From an uncultured Acidobacteriota bacterium (GTDB lineage Bacteria > Acidobacteriota > UBA890), in NCBI GenBank assembly GCA_964430745.1, contig CAYSHI010000304.1, positions 5,180 through 69,179 of the forward strand: a stretch of DNA of 64,000 bases, written 5' to 3'. The notes below the pieces were generated by a model. The model had not been told where the DNA came from and searched no databases. It saw only the letters and a program-made list of their open reading frames with translations. The number at the start of each line of letters is the position of its first letter. Position 1 is the first letter of the stretch. The position numbers were made by a program, and so were the translations under genes. Below are positions 1 to 9,945 of this stretch, one piece after another.

Positions 1-803
1 CTGACGACCTCATCGACTCCACGATCCGGGCGTTCTGCGGCCCCACCGACAGCGTCGCGTTCCCCCGTCCGACGTTTTCCATGATCGAATCGTTCGCCGG
101 CATGAACGGGGTCCCCGCGATCGGCATCGACATGCCGCCTGGGTTCGAGCTCCGTGCCGACGATCTGCTGGCGCCGCGGGCTCAGGTGACCTACGTATGC
201 CGTCCCAACAACCCGACCGGCAACGCGTGCGCCCGAGCCGAGGTGGAGCGACTCGTCGATCGGGCGGCCGGACTCGTGATCATCGACGAGGCCTATGGCG
301 ACTTCTTCGAGGACCCCCTCGCCGCCTGGGCGCCGCAAACCGATCGAGCGGTTGTGTTCCGGACTATGTCGAAGGCCTTCGGGCTGGCCGGATTGCGCGT
401 CGGCATCGCCGTCGGGCCTCCGGCCTTGATCGAGGAGATCGAGAAATCGCGCGGCCCCTACAAGGTCGCGGTGGCGTCGGAATCGGCGGCCGCGGCGGCG
501 CTTCGAGAAGATGGCGACTGGGTGCGGTCCACGGTTGCCGAGGCGGTGGAGGCGCGTGAGTACCTCACGAAAGCGCTCACCGAGCTCGGCCTCGAGGTGT
601 ACCCCTCGGCGGCCAACTTCGTCTTGGTCGCCGCGCCGCACAACGACGCCATGGCTTACAGTCGCGAGCTTGCGGCTGCCGGAATCGGCGTCCGCCCCTT
701 CCCGGGCCTTCCCCACGCGGGCGACTGCGTCCGCGTCACCGCGGCACCGATCCCCTGGATTGATCGTCTGGTCGCACGCACGAAAAAGATGGTCGGCCGA
801 TGA
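1..803 (+). CDS. hisC: histidinol-phosphate aminotransferase, 5' end outside window
   Basis: Reading frame open from base 3; class I/II aminotransferase motif VCRPNNPTGN; directly upstream of hisH in a his operon. Confidence 0.8.
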   Translation, partial: DDLIDSTIRAFCGPTDSVAFPRPTFSMIESFAGMNGVPAIGIDMPPGFELRADDLLAPRAQVTYVCRPNNPTGNACARAEVERLVDRAAGLVIIDEAYGDFFEDPLAAWAPQTDRAVVFRTMSKAFGLAGLRVGIAVGPPALIEEIEKSRGPYKVAVASESAAAAALREDGDWVRSTVAEAVEAREYLTKALTELGLEVYPSAANFVLVAAPHNDAMAYSRELAAAGIGVRPFPGLPHAGDCVRVTAAPIPWIDRLVARTKKMVGR

Positions 804-1411
804 GAGTTTCTCTGTTCGACTACGGCACAGGCAATCTGCACTCCCTCGCCAAGGCGCTGGAACGCTACGGCGCTTCGGTTCGGATCGACGCGGACGCCGG
901 CGCGGTGCTCGACGCTGATGCCATGGTCCTGCCGGGCGTCGGCGCTTTCGGCGCCGCCGCCGCTCGGCTCGATGCCGCCCGCGACGACATCGTTGCGGCT
1001 CTGAACGAAGGCTTCCCGTGCTTGGGGATCTGCCTCGGCATGCAGCTCCTGTTCGAGCACAGCGAGGAGTCGCCCGGTCGCGGTCTCGGCTTCATCGGCG
1101 GGCGTGTGCGACGCCTGAAAGCCCACCGGCTTCCGCAGATGGGCTGGAACGACGTCGATACCGAAACCGCGGAGGGAGCCGGAGACCCCTTCTTCCGACG
1201 AACCGAGCGCGCCGTCGTCTATTACGCCAACACCTACGTGCCCGAGCCTGCGAGGCAGGAGAGGATCATCGCCTGGACAACCTACGAGGGCGACCGCTTT
1301 CCGGCCGCGGTTCGCAAGCGGCGCGTGTGGGGCGTTCAGTTCCATCCTGAAAAGAGCGCCGGCGACGGGCTCGCGATGCTCGAGAACTTCCTCCGCGAGG
1401 CGGCCGCATGA
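800..1411 (+). CDS. hisH: imidazole glycerol phosphate synthase, glutamine amidotransferase subunit
   Basis: 203 aa; GICLGMQLL catalytic Cys motif and HPEKS type I GATase; 4-bp overlap with hisC stop. Confidence 0.9.
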   Translation: MRVSLFDYGTGNLHSLAKALERYGASVRIDADAGAVLDADAMVLPGVGAFGAAAARLDAARDDIVAALNEGFPCLGICLGMQLLFEHSEESPGRGLGFIGGRVRRLKAHRLPQMGWNDVDTETAEGAGDPFFRRTERAVVYYANTYVPEPARQERIIAWTTYEGDRFPAAVRKRRVWGVQFHPEKSAGDGLAMLENFLREAAA

Positions 1412-1427
1412 TCACCGAGGTGCAACG

Positions 1428-2141
1428 ATGATCGTCCATGCCGCGATCGACCTTCGTCAGGGACGCGTGGTGCAGCTGATCGGCGGGCGGCCGGAGGCCG
1501 AGCGCATCAGCCTGCCGAATCCTGTCGCTGTGGCAGTCAGGTTCGTCGAGGAAGGCTTCGAGTCTCTGCATGTGATCGATCTCGATGCTGCGTTGGGCGA
1601 AGGATCCAACGGGCCCGCAGTACGCGAGATCATCGGCTCCGTCGGCGTACCGGTTCAGTTCGGTGGAGGCGTCCGCGACACGAATGCGCTGCGGGCGGCG
1701 CTGCTTGCAGGAGCAACGCGGGTGATCGTCGGAACGCGGGCGATCACCGACTTCGACTGGCTCGCGGAGGCAAGCCGTGCGCATCCCCGACGTGTGCTCG
1801 TCGCCGCCGACACGCGCGGTGAAACCATCGTCACTCACGGGTGGCGGCAAAGCACGTCTCTCGCTGCGGCTGATTTCTTCGATCAGGTCGGTGGATTGCC
1901 GCTCGCCGGCCTCCTGGTCACCGACGTCACGCGGGAGGGAAGCCTTGCGGGCATCGACGCCGCGAAGTTCGCGCGCATGGTGGCCGCGACAGACCTGCCG
2001 ATCATCGCCGCGGGCGGTGTCGGCTCGATCCAGGACCTTCGTGATCTCGACGGTGCCGGCGTCGCCGGCGCCGTCGTCGGCACGGCCCTGTACACCGGCG
2101 CCATCGATCCCGGCGCCGCCGCAAAGGAGTTCAAACGATGA
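1428..2141 (+). CDS. hisA: ProFAR isomerase
   Basis: 237 aa; IDLRQGRVVQL and VIVGTRAI motifs typical of HisA/HisF TIM barrel; operon position. Confidence 0.9.
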   Translation: MIVHAAIDLRQGRVVQLIGGRPEAERISLPNPVAVAVRFVEEGFESLHVIDLDAALGEGSNGPAVREIIGSVGVPVQFGGGVRDTNALRAALLAGATRVIVGTRAITDFDWLAEASRAHPRRVLVAADTRGETIVTHGWRQSTSLAAADFFDQVGGLPLAGLLVTDVTREGSLAGIDAAKFARMVAATDLPIIAAGGVGSIQDLRDLDGAGVAGAVVGTALYTGAIDPGAAAKEFKR

Positions 2142-2680
2142 GCAAGCTGCGGAGAAAGACGAGCGAGACGGAGATCATCGTTACGCTTCGCGCCGGAGGC
2201 GGCGACAGCTCGATCGCCACCACGGAGCCGTTTCTCGATCATATGCTCACCACGCTGGCGCGCTACGGCTCGCTCGACCTCGACGTGGAGGCGTCCGGCG
2301 ATCTGGCGCACCATCTCATCGAGGATGTCGGCATCACCATCGGCGCGGCGCTGCGCGACGAGACCCCGGAGGCCTGCGCCCGCTACGGCAGCGCCACCGT
2401 GCCGATGGACGACGCCCTGGTGCGGGTCGTCCTGGACAACGGCGGGCGCCCCTTCTACGAGGGTCCGCTCCCGGATCGCCACTACGATCACTTCTTTCGC
2501 TCGCTGGCCGATGCCGGTGCCATGACCCTTCACATGCAGGTGATCCGCGGAAGCGACCGCCACCACATCGTCGAGGCGGCGTTCAAGGCGTTCGGCATGG
2601 CGTTGCGACAGGCGCTGCGAACGACCGACAGGGTGTTCAGCACCAAAGGGTCGGTCACTCTCGAGAGACTGGAGGGCTGA
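2138..2680 (+). CDS. hisB: imidazoleglycerol-phosphate dehydratase
   Basis: 180 aa; SETEIIVTL and HHLIEDVGI, HHIVEA Mn-binding His motifs of IGPD. Confidence 0.9.
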   Translation: MSKLRRKTSETEIIVTLRAGGGDSSIATTEPFLDHMLTTLARYGSLDLDVEASGDLAHHLIEDVGITIGAALRDETPEACARYGSATVPMDDALVRVVLDNGGRPFYEGPLPDRHYDHFFRSLADAGAMTLHMQVIRGSDRHHIVEAAFKAFGMALRQALRTTDRVFSTKGSVTLERLEG

Positions 2681-2684
2681 GCGA

Positions 2685-3482
2685 ATGCTGCGCAAGCGCA
2701 TCATCGTTTGCCTCGACGTCCGCGACGGAGAGGTGGTCAAGGGCGTGAAGTTCGTCGAGCTCCGGCACATTGGCGATCCGGCGACGCTCGCCGCCCGCTA
2801 CCAGGAGGAGGGTGCCGACGAGGTCGTGCTTCTGGACATCTCCGCGTCGAGTGACGGACGCAAGACAATGCTCGACGTGGTCCGGCGGACGGCGGAACAA
2901 CTCTTCGTGCCGCTGACTGTCGGTGGCGGCATCAATTCGCTCGACGATATCGCCCGCGTCCTGCGGGCGGGCGCCGACAAGGTGAGCATCAACACCGCGG
3001 CGGTCCAAGCGCCGTCCTTGCTGACGCAGGCGGCCGCTCGTTTCGGTAGCCAGTGCGTGGTGGCGAGCATCGATGCAAAGCTCGAGGGCGACGAATCATC
3101 CGGGCGGCCGGTGCCGAGCGGCTATCGCGTCTTCACGCACGGAGGGAGGACGGCGACAGGCCTCGACGCCATCGAGTGGGCCGCGCAGTGCGCGGAGCTC
3201 GGGGCCGGCGAGATTCTGCTCACCGCGATCGAGAACGACGGCGGCCGCCACGGTTACGATCTGGTGCTGACCCGGGCGGTGGTCGAGGCCGTCTCGGTAC
3301 CGGTGGTCGCCAGCGGCGGCGCGGGCAACGCCGGCCACATGCGCGACGCGCTGCTTGCCGCAAAAGCCGCTGCCGCGCTCGCGGCGGGAATCTTCCACGA
3401 CGAGGTGGTCAGCGTCGGCGAGGTAAAGAAGATACTGGCGGCTGCAGGGGTTCCCGTGCGGCTCACCGAGGTGGCGGCATGA
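2685..3482 (+). CDS. hisF: imidazole glycerol phosphate synthase cyclase subunit
   Basis: 265 aa; [11 protein letters not shown]...VVKG and SGGAG motifs of HisF. Confidence 0.9.
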   Translation: MLRKRIIVCLDVRDGEVVKGVKFVELRHIGDPATLAARYQEEGADEVVLLDISASSDGRKTMLDVVRRTAEQLFVPLTVGGGINSLDDIARVLRAGADKVSINTAAVQAPSLLTQAAARFGSQCVVASIDAKLEGDESSGRPVPSGYRVFTHGGRTATGLDAIEWAAQCAELGAGEILLTAIENDGGRHGYDLVLTRAVVEAVSVPVVASGGAGNAGHMRDALLAAKAAAALAAGIFHDEVVSVGEVKKILAAAGVPVRLTEVAA

Positions 3483-4273
3483 CGCCCGAAAGCCCGCGCG
3501 CCCTCCTCGACATCGCGCTCGACATCGCCCGGCGCGCCGGGGATCGGACGCTGCGCTATTTCCAGTCCGGGCCCGAGGTCGAGATCAAGGCCGACGCGTC
3601 GCCGGTAACCGTCGCCGACCGCGAAGCGGAGCAGCTCGCTCGCGAGCTCATCGAGAAGCGGTTCCCCTCAGATGGCATCGTCGGCGAGGAATTCGGCCGC
3701 ACCAACGCCGGAGCGGAGAGGACCTGGATTCTCGATCCGATCGACGGAACCTTGTCCTTTGTTCAGGGCGTGCCCCTGTACGGAGTGCTTGTTGCCGTCG
3801 AGCAAGGACGCGAAGCCATCGTCGGTGTCATGCATTTCCCGGCGTTGAATGAGTCCGTATACGCCGCCGTCGGCGAGGGTTGCTGGTGGAACGGTGCGAC
3901 CGCCCGCGTTTCGGAGACGGCATCTGTGGAGGAAGCGCTCGTCGTCTGCACCAACGCGGAGGAGATCGAGCGACGCGGGCACCGGTCGGGCTGGGACCTA
4001 CTGCGAGAGCGTGCACGCATGGTCCGCACCTGGGGCGACTGCTACGGCCACGCGCTCGTCGCGACGGGCAGGGCGGAAGCGATGATCGATCCGATCCTGG
4101 CCCGGTGGGACGCGGCCGCTCTCAAGCCGATCATCGAGGAGGCCGGCGGCCGATACACCGATTTCTCGGGCAACGACACCCAACACTCGGACAGCGGCAT
4201 CTCGACCAACGACGCACTGGCCGTCGAGGTGCGCCGCATCCTCGGAGCCAACATCGAGGACTCCCGACAATGA
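3479..4273 (+). CDS. hisN: inositol monophosphatase-family protein, likely histidinol-phosphatase
   Basis: ATG at 3479 overlaps hisF stop (ATGA); IMPase motifs WILDPIDGT and EE..GR; his operon context. The track ORF 3053..4273 is a spurious N-terminal extension. Confidence 0.7.
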   Translation: MTPESPRALLDIALDIARRAGDRTLRYFQSGPEVEIKADASPVTVADREAEQLARELIEKRFPSDGIVGEEFGRTNAGAERTWILDPIDGTLSFVQGVPLYGVLVAVEQGREAIVGVMHFPALNESVYAAVGEGCWWNGATARVSETASVEEALVVCTNAEEIERRGHRSGWDLLRERARMVRTWGDCYGHALVATGRAEAMIDPILARWDAAALKPIIEEAGGRYTDFSGNDTQHSDSGISTNDALAVEVRRILGANIEDSRQ

Positions 4274-4884
4274 TCATCCGAAGCAACGAAGAACTGGACG
4301 GCATCGACTTCGCCAAGGGAAACGGACTCATCCCCCTGGTGGCGCAGGAAGTAAACACCGGAGCGATACGCATGCTCGGCTACGCCGACCGGGCGGCGCT
4401 GGAGATCTCGCTCTCCTCCGGCTTCCTTCATTTCTGGTCGCGAAGCCGGAGCGCACTCTGGATGAAGGGCGCGACCAGCGGCAACACGCTCCGGCTCGTC
4501 TCGCTGCACGTCGATTGTGACAAGGACGCCGCGCTCGCACTGGTCCGGGCCGAGGGGCCGACCTGTCATACCGGGGCAGAGAGCTGCTTCGATGCCGCGC
4601 CGTTTCTGCAACAGCTCGACGTCGTCATCGAGCAGCGGGCCGTCGCCCGCGAGCGCTCGGCGGAAGAAGCCGGCTACACGAACCGCTTGCTGGCCGATCG
4701 CAACCTTCGCCTGAAGAAGATCGCCGAGGAGTCCGGCGAGCTCGTCCTCGCCTGCGCCGACGACGACGCCGGCGCGGTGGCCGAGGAGGCTGCCGATCTC
4801 CTGTACCATGCGCTCGTCGCATGTCGCGCCGCCGGCGTCGGCCTCTCTGACGTCGTTGAGACCCTCCGCAAACGACATTCGTGA
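4270..4884 (+). CDS. hisI: bifunctional phosphoribosyl-AMP cyclohydrolase / phosphoribosyl-ATP pyrophosphatase
   Basis: ATG at 4270 overlaps hisN stop; HisI region (cyclohydrolase-type Cys cluster) followed by HisE-like helical C-terminus (ELVLACADDD...EEAADLLYH). Confidence 0.85.
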   Translation: MIIRSNEELDGIDFAKGNGLIPLVAQEVNTGAIRMLGYADRAALEISLSSGFLHFWSRSRSALWMKGATSGNTLRLVSLHVDCDKDAALALVRAEGPTCHTGAESCFDAAPFLQQLDVVIEQRAVARERSAEEAGYTNRLLADRNLRLKKIAEESGELVLACADDDAGAVAEEAADLLYHALVACRAAGVGLSDVVETLRKRHS

Positions 4885-5300
4885 GCGAACCGTGACCGCA
4901 TCCGCTTCGGAGTCCAAGTTCTACGAGTTCACCCGCGAGCTCGTGGTCGCGCTCGAACGCCTCGAGACGGCATTTGAGGAGCGCGGCATCTTCCCTTGAG
5001 CGCCACCGGCTTGCTGATCATGCAACCGGCGTGCGAGAGTCTGTGAAGTTCGGTTTCGGACATTCGTGGCAATGATTCGGAGATATCAGTGGGAAAAGGT
5101 GATCGACGCACGCGACGCGGGAAGATCTGGCGCAGCTCGCACGGCAAGACTCGCACCCGTCAGCAAGAGCGGGCGCGGGCCCGCCAGCGACACGGCCCCA
5201 AGCCGTCGCAGCTTCAGCAGAAGAACAAAGATACTTAGCAGGCCGTGAAGCGGCCTCTACCTGCCCCCGCGGCGACCCCATGTGGGCGGGTGACGACCTG

Positions 5301-6635
5301 ATGCAGGCGTTCTCTTTCCTCCACTGTGCCGACCTTCATCTCGGGGCGCCGTTCCAGGGCCTGGCCGAGGTCCCCCCCAACCTCGCCAAACGCCTGCGCG
5401 AAGCGCCGATTCAGGCGCTCGACCGGATCGTCTCGACGGCCATCGAGCACCGTGTCGTCGCCGTGCTCGTCTCGGGCGACCTCTTCGACGCCGCCGACCG
5501 GAACTTGCGAGCGCAGATCCAGCTTCGCGACCGTTTGCGCAAGCTCGACGATGCCGGAATCCGCACGCTCATCGCCGCCGGCAACCACGACCCGCTCGGT
5601 AGCGCGGCGGCGAGCATCGACTACCCGCCGTCGGTCCATTTTTTCGGCACAGAGCTGGAGACCGTACCGCTGACCCGCGACGGGCAGCTCCTGGCACACG
5701 TCTATGGCATTTCGTATGGCGCTGCCTCGGTGTCGGAGAACCTCGCGCTCCGGTTCCCCCCCAACCCCGAAGGGCCGTTCTCGATCGCCATGTTGCACAC
5801 CAACGTCGGCGCCCGCGCGGAACATGAGGGCTATTCCCCTTGCTCTCTCGGGGACCTGGAGGCACGAGCCTTCGACTATTGGGCGCTGGGCCACGTCCAC
5901 AAGCGCGAGACGCTGCGCGCCACGCCCCCTGTCGTGCACTATCCGGGGAACACCCAGGGCTTGCACATGAAGGACGTCGGTCCGCGCGGGGCAACCCTGG
6001 TCGACGTGTCAACGTCGGGGTCGATCACATTGTCGCCGGTGTGGACGGACGCGGTGCGCTGGCACCGAGGGCGATCTTCCATCGACCGCTACGAGAGCAT
6101 CGACGACGTCATCACGGCGTTCGACGAGATCAGCTCGCGAACCGCGGCCGAGGCGCCCGACCGATTCCACATCATGCTCTGGACGCTGATGGGTTCCGGC
6201 AAGGTGCACGACAGCCTACGACGCGCGGATACCGTTGCGGGACTGCTGCAATCGCTGCGCGAGCGGCACGCGCCGGAGCCGGCTCCCGGCGCAATCTGGT
6301 TGCAACGCCTCGACGTCGCGACTCGCCCCATGCGCGACATCGAGGAGCTGCGCAAGCAGCAGGACTTGCTCGGCGATCTCTTACGTCTCGCGGAAGAAGC
6401 GCGCGAGAATCCGCCGGCGATGTCGCCCTCCGAGATCGGTGAGGACCTGATTCTAGAGGACCCGCCCGAGGTATCTACGGCGATCAGGGACGAGCTCGGC
6501 ACGCTCCTGGACGACCCACGACTGCGGGCGGTCCTCGGCGGCGACGCCTGGGGCGTTCTCGACTGGCAGAGTCTGCTGCGGCGCGCCGAGGTTCTGGCCG
6601 TTGAGGGACTCCTGGGCGACGACACTGAATCATGA
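5301..6635 (+). CDS. Mre11/SbcD-like metallophosphoesterase nuclease
   Basis: Calcineurin-like phosphoesterase motifs in order: FLHCADLHLG, GDLFD, GNHD, MLHTNV, GHVH. An alternative ATG lies at 5280. Confidence 0.8.
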   Translation: MQAFSFLHCADLHLGAPFQGLAEVPPNLAKRLREAPIQALDRIVSTAIEHRVVAVLVSGDLFDAADRNLRAQIQLRDRLRKLDDAGIRTLIAAGNHDPLGSAAASIDYPPSVHFFGTELETVPLTRDGQLLAHVYGISYGAASVSENLALRFPPNPEGPFSIAMLHTNVGARAEHEGYSPCSLGDLEARAFDYWALGHVHKRETLRATPPVVHYPGNTQGLHMKDVGPRGATLVDVSTSGSITLSPVWTDAVRWHRGRSSIDRYESIDDVITAFDEISSRTAAEAPDRFHIMLWTLMGSGKVHDSLRRADTVAGLLQSLRERHAPEPAPGAIWLQRLDVATRPMRDIEELRKQQDLLGDLLRLAEEARENPPAMSPSEIGEDLILEDPPEVSTAIRDELGTLLDDPRLRAVLGGDAWGVLDWQSLLRRAEVLAVEGLLGDDTES

Positions 6636-9148
6636 TATTTCGCCGCCTACATATCGACGGCTTCGGCATCTGGCGAGACCTCACGCTCGATGGCCTGACG
6701 CCGGGGCTCAACGTCTTCGTCGCCCCTAACGAGGGCGGCAAGACCACCTTGATGAGCTTCGCTCGTGCCGTCCTGTACGGGTTCCGTCAACGCAATCATG
6801 CGGAGCGCTACGAGCCGCTACGGGGCGGAAAGCACGGCGGCTATCTCGAAGTCGAGGAGGGAGGCAGCATCTACCGCATCGTGCGCACGCACGATCGCAG
6901 CTCGCCGGGCGCCCTTCAGGTAACCGACGGGGAGGGAACGGCGCTCCCCGAAAGCACGCTCCCGCGGCTGCTCGGAGGAACGACTCGCGAGCTCTACGAA
7001 AACGTCTTCGCGTTCGGACTCGCGGAGCTGCAGATGATCGAGTCGATGCGCAAAGAAGAAATCGCCTCGCACATTTACAGTGCCGGGATGGCTGCGGCGG
7101 GAGCCGACCCGCTGGGGTTTCGGCAACGTCTCGACGACAAGCGACGCGAATACTTCCTCGAACGCGGAAGAAACCAACAAGTGACCCGCATCTTCGACCG
7201 CATTCAAGCGTTGCAGCGCGACATCGAGCCGCTTCAACAGCTTCCCGAGGAGCACGGCCGCCTGCTCGATCAGGCGGCCACCCTGCGTGACCGCCTCGAG
7301 GGACTCGACGGCGAGCTCGAGATCAAGCAACGGGAGCTCGACGCGGCCCGCAGGGCACGGAGCTCCTGGGGCGATTACGAGGAACTGCTGGCGGCGGAAT
7401 CGTCGCTCGAGGCGCTCGGCGTGCCGCTGGCCTCGGCCAGCCACGCGGAGGCTTCCGACCTGCTTACTGACGGCGAAACCGCGGTGTTGCGCGAGGCGGG
7501 TCGCATCCGCAGCATGCTCGCCTCGACACCACGCCTGCGGGAGCTGCGCGCCGCCGCCGACAAACATGCTTCGGACGCCGACTCCTCGTTCGCCGCACTC
7601 CGTTCGCATCTGGACGATCTGGGCGAGAAGTGGTCCGTGAGGCGGATCCTGAAGACGAACGCGGGGCTGGAACAACGCGAAAAGGCGCGTGAATACGCCC
7701 GAGAGCTGCGTGAGGTCGAGTCCGAAATCGAGCACATCGCGGCACGCGCGGCCGAAGCTCACGATGCCTACGAGACCATCGTCAACCGGCCCGATCCGAT
7801 CAGCCGTGAAGCCGTGATGCTCACGTGGGCGGTGGCCGTGGCGTTGACCTTCTTCAGCGTGTTCATGCCCCTGCCCTCGCGCGTCGTCATTACCTCGGGT
7901 GTGGCGGCGGCCGGTTTCATCGCCGGGACGGTGGCCTACTGGTTGCGTTACCGCGGACGCCAGCAGCTCGATCATGAGCGGGTTGCTTCGGCGGATCGGG
8001 AAACCACGCTCTGGGCGCAACACGAGATCGCCGAAGAGAAGCAGCAGAAGAAGGAAACCGAGTGGCGCAGGTGGCTCAAGCGGCAGGGGCTGGACGCCGA
8101 GCTCACGCTCGACGGGGCCCTCGACCTGCTCGACCGGGTGCGCGAGGCGCAGGAGGTCGCGCGTCGGCACCGGGCGGCGGTCGCCAGCCGCGACAAGTCG
8201 CTCGAGGAGCTCTCGGTCGCTACCGGCAGAGTCAACGCGCTGCTTTCGGATCTCGGGCGAGAGACCGTGCAGGCCAACGAGCGCCCGATGGAAGCCGTTG
8301 AGCTGCACATCGGAAGGCTCGAAACGCTGCAAACCGAGCTCGACTCGGTGGAAGATCAGGACATGCGCTTGCGCAAGGAAATGCAACAGTACGTGCAATC
8401 CCGCGCGGCCTTGCGGGCAAGCGCCGGGGAGGAGGGTCTCGAGCAGCTGCGCGCCCGGCTCGAGGCGCTCGATCCGGACCAGATCGAGCGCGTTCTGCGG
8501 CACGCGGAGACTGCGGTCGCCGCTGTGCAGGCCCAACGCGACGGCGTCAACGAGCAACTGGGGGCCGTCTCCGAGCGCATTTCCCACCTCGAGGGCGACG
8601 GCGAGCTCGGCGATCTGCTGTTGCTGCGCGAGGAAGCTCGCTCCGCGCTCGCCGACGGCGTCAGGACATGGTCGGAGTACACGGCAGCCGCAACGCTGTT
8701 CGACCGAGCGAAGAAGATCTACGAGGAGCAGCGCCAACCGGAAGTACTGCGATTGGCATCCGGATACTTCAACACCATGACCGGCGGCGCGTATCTGCGG
8801 GTAATGGCGCCTCTCGGGGAGATCGACCTGCAGGTCGAGGAATCCAAGACGGGCAAGCGGAAGGGGCCCGAGGCGCTTTCTCGTGGAACCAAGGAACAGC
8901 TTTACCTGGCGATGCGGCTGGCACTCGCGGCGGTCTATGCCGAACAGATGGTCGCGTTGCCCCTCGTTGCCGACGATATTCTGGTGAACTTCGACGATGC
9001 CCGAGCGGCCGCAACCGCGTCGCTGCTGGGTGACTACGCCGACGCCTCGGTGCAGGTTTTGGCCTTCACCTGCCACCAGCGGCTGGCCGAGATGTTCGCC
9101 GCCGAGGCGCCGGGCGCGCGCATAATCGCGCTGCCGAAGCCGGCGTGA
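6632..9148 (+). CDS. Rad50/SbcC-like SMC-type ATPase (YhaN-like) with internal transmembrane hairpin
   Basis: ATGA overlap with upstream nuclease gene; N-terminal Walker A PNEGGKTT; long coiled-coil middle; C-terminal signature LSRGTKEQL and Walker B/D-loop LVADDILVNFDD; two hydrophobic helices (LTWAVAVALTFFSVF / GVAAAGFIAGTVAYWL) mid-protein; no CxxC hook. Confidence 0.8.
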   Translation: MIFRRLHIDGFGIWRDLTLDGLTPGLNVFVAPNEGGKTTLMSFARAVLYGFRQRNHAERYEPLRGGKHGGYLEVEEGGSIYRIVRTHDRSSPGALQVTDGEGTALPESTLPRLLGGTTRELYENVFAFGLAELQMIESMRKEEIASHIYSAGMAAAGADPLGFRQRLDDKRREYFLERGRNQQVTRIFDRIQALQRDIEPLQQLPEEHGRLLDQAATLRDRLEGLDGELEIKQRELDAARRARSSWGDYEELLAAESSLEALGVPLASASHAEASDLLTDGETAVLREAGRIRSMLASTPRLRELRAAADKHASDADSSFAALRSHLDDLGEKWSVRRILKTNAGLEQREKAREYARELREVESEIEHIAARAAEAHDAYETIVNRPDPISREAVMLTWAVAVALTFFSVFMPLPSRVVITSGVAAAGFIAGTVAYWLRYRGRQQLDHERVASADRETTLWAQHEIAEEKQQKKETEWRRWLKRQGLDAELTLDGALDLLDRVREAQEVARRHRAAVASRDKSLEELSVATGRVNALLSDLGRETVQANERPMEAVELHIGRLETLQTELDSVEDQDMRLRKEMQQYVQSRAALRASAGEEGLEQLRARLEALDPDQIERVLRHAETAVAAVQAQRDGVNEQLGAVSERISHLEGDGELGDLLLLREEARSALADGVRTWSEYTAAATLFDRAKKIYEEQRQPEVLRLASGYFNTMTGGAYLRVMAPLGEIDLQVEESKTGKRKGPEALSRGTKEQLYLAMRLALAAVYAEQMVALPLVADDILVNFDDARAAATASLLGDYADASVQVLAFTCHQRLAEMFAAEAPGARIIALPKPA

Positions 9149-9238
9149 GCCGGCCTGAGCCGGTTGTCTGTCGCGGGCGAATGAGGTAGGGATTAGCTGC
9201 TGAGAGACCATTTCGATCGACGCACTCCGGGGAATTTC

Positions 9239-9943
9239 ATGAGCGACAAGAAACACGCTTCGACGGATTCCAACGACTGCGGCAAGGAGACAAGGAGCAA
9301 CGTCTCGCGCCGCGGTTTCATCAAGGGGCTCAGCGCCGGGGGCATCGGCTCCGCGCTCGCTCCCACGGCGGTGTTGGGAGCCGGGACCATCGCCACCGCC
9401 GGAACGCTCACGGGAGGCTCGGCGCAAGAGGGCGAGGTTTCGGGCCCCGGGAAAGTGCCCATCCGACTGCAGGTCAACGGAGGGATGGTGTCCGTCGAGG
9501 TGGAGCCCCGCCAGACGCTGCTCGACGTGCTGCGGCAGGATCGCGGCGTAGACGGTGAGTACATCGACGTTACGGGGAACAAACGAGTCTGCGACCGCGC
9601 CAGTTGCGGCGCTTGTTCAATGCTCGTGGACGGCCGCCTGACCTACGGTTGCACGATGCTGGCAATCGAAGCTCAGGGGGTCGAGATCACGACCGTCGAA
9701 GGACTCGGCAGCCCCGATTCGATGCACGCGGTGCAGCAAGCGTTCGTAGAAATGGATGCCCTGATGTGCGGCTTCTGCACGCCGGGAATGGTGGTGGCAG
9801 TCGCGGCCTTGCTGGAGGACAACCCCGATCCGACACGAGAACAGATCCGCCGGGCACTCGACGGCAACCTGTGCCGCTGCGGCACCTATCCACGGATCTT
9901 CGAAGCCACCGAAACCGCCGCGGCACGGCTGAGGGGGGCCTGA
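9239..9943 (+). CDS. molybdenum hydroxylase small subunit, [2Fe-2S]-binding, Tat signal
   Basis: Twin-arginine motif SRRGFIKG; two Cys clusters CGACSMLV...C and CGFCTPG...CRCGTY typical of CoxS/PaoA/XdhA ferredoxin subunits. Confidence 0.85.
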   Translation: MSDKKHASTDSNDCGKETRSNVSRRGFIKGLSAGGIGSALAPTAVLGAGTIATAGTLTGGSAQEGEVSGPGKVPIRLQVNGGMVSVEVEPRQTLLDVLRQDRGVDGEYIDVTGNKRVCDRASCGACSMLVDGRLTYGCTMLAIEAQGVEITTVEGLGSPDSMHAVQQAFVEMDALMCGFCTPGMVVAVAALLEDNPDPTREQIRRALDGNLCRCGTYPRIFEATETAAARLRGA

Positions 9944-9945
9944 TC

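Noticed and set aside
3053-4273. Long N-terminal extensions in track ORFs (3053.., 3880.., 9604.., 38873.., 41736.., 49359.., 51139.., 53396..)
   Set aside because: The extensions overlap upstream genes and translate to Arg/Gly-rich junk. Internal ATG/GTG starts coincide with the upstream stop codons (ATGA/GTGA coupling) and with conserved N-termini
4892-4999. Possible 35-aa ORF after hisIE (VTASASESKFYEFTRELVVALERLETAFEERGIFP)
   Set aside because: It has no RBS, a GTG start, and is too short and uncharacteristic. It is kept only as a remote possibility of a small acidic peptide
6818-9427. 869-aa ORF on the minus strand and many other long antisense ORFs (e.g. 656..1345, 5235..5966, 1883..2770, 10621..11376, 33927..34586, 46063..47373, 55815..57326)
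   Set aside because: They lie antisense to well-supported genes with clear motifs. Their translations are low-complexity R/A/G/P-rich with no motifs. Stop-poor antisense frames are expected at about 70% GC
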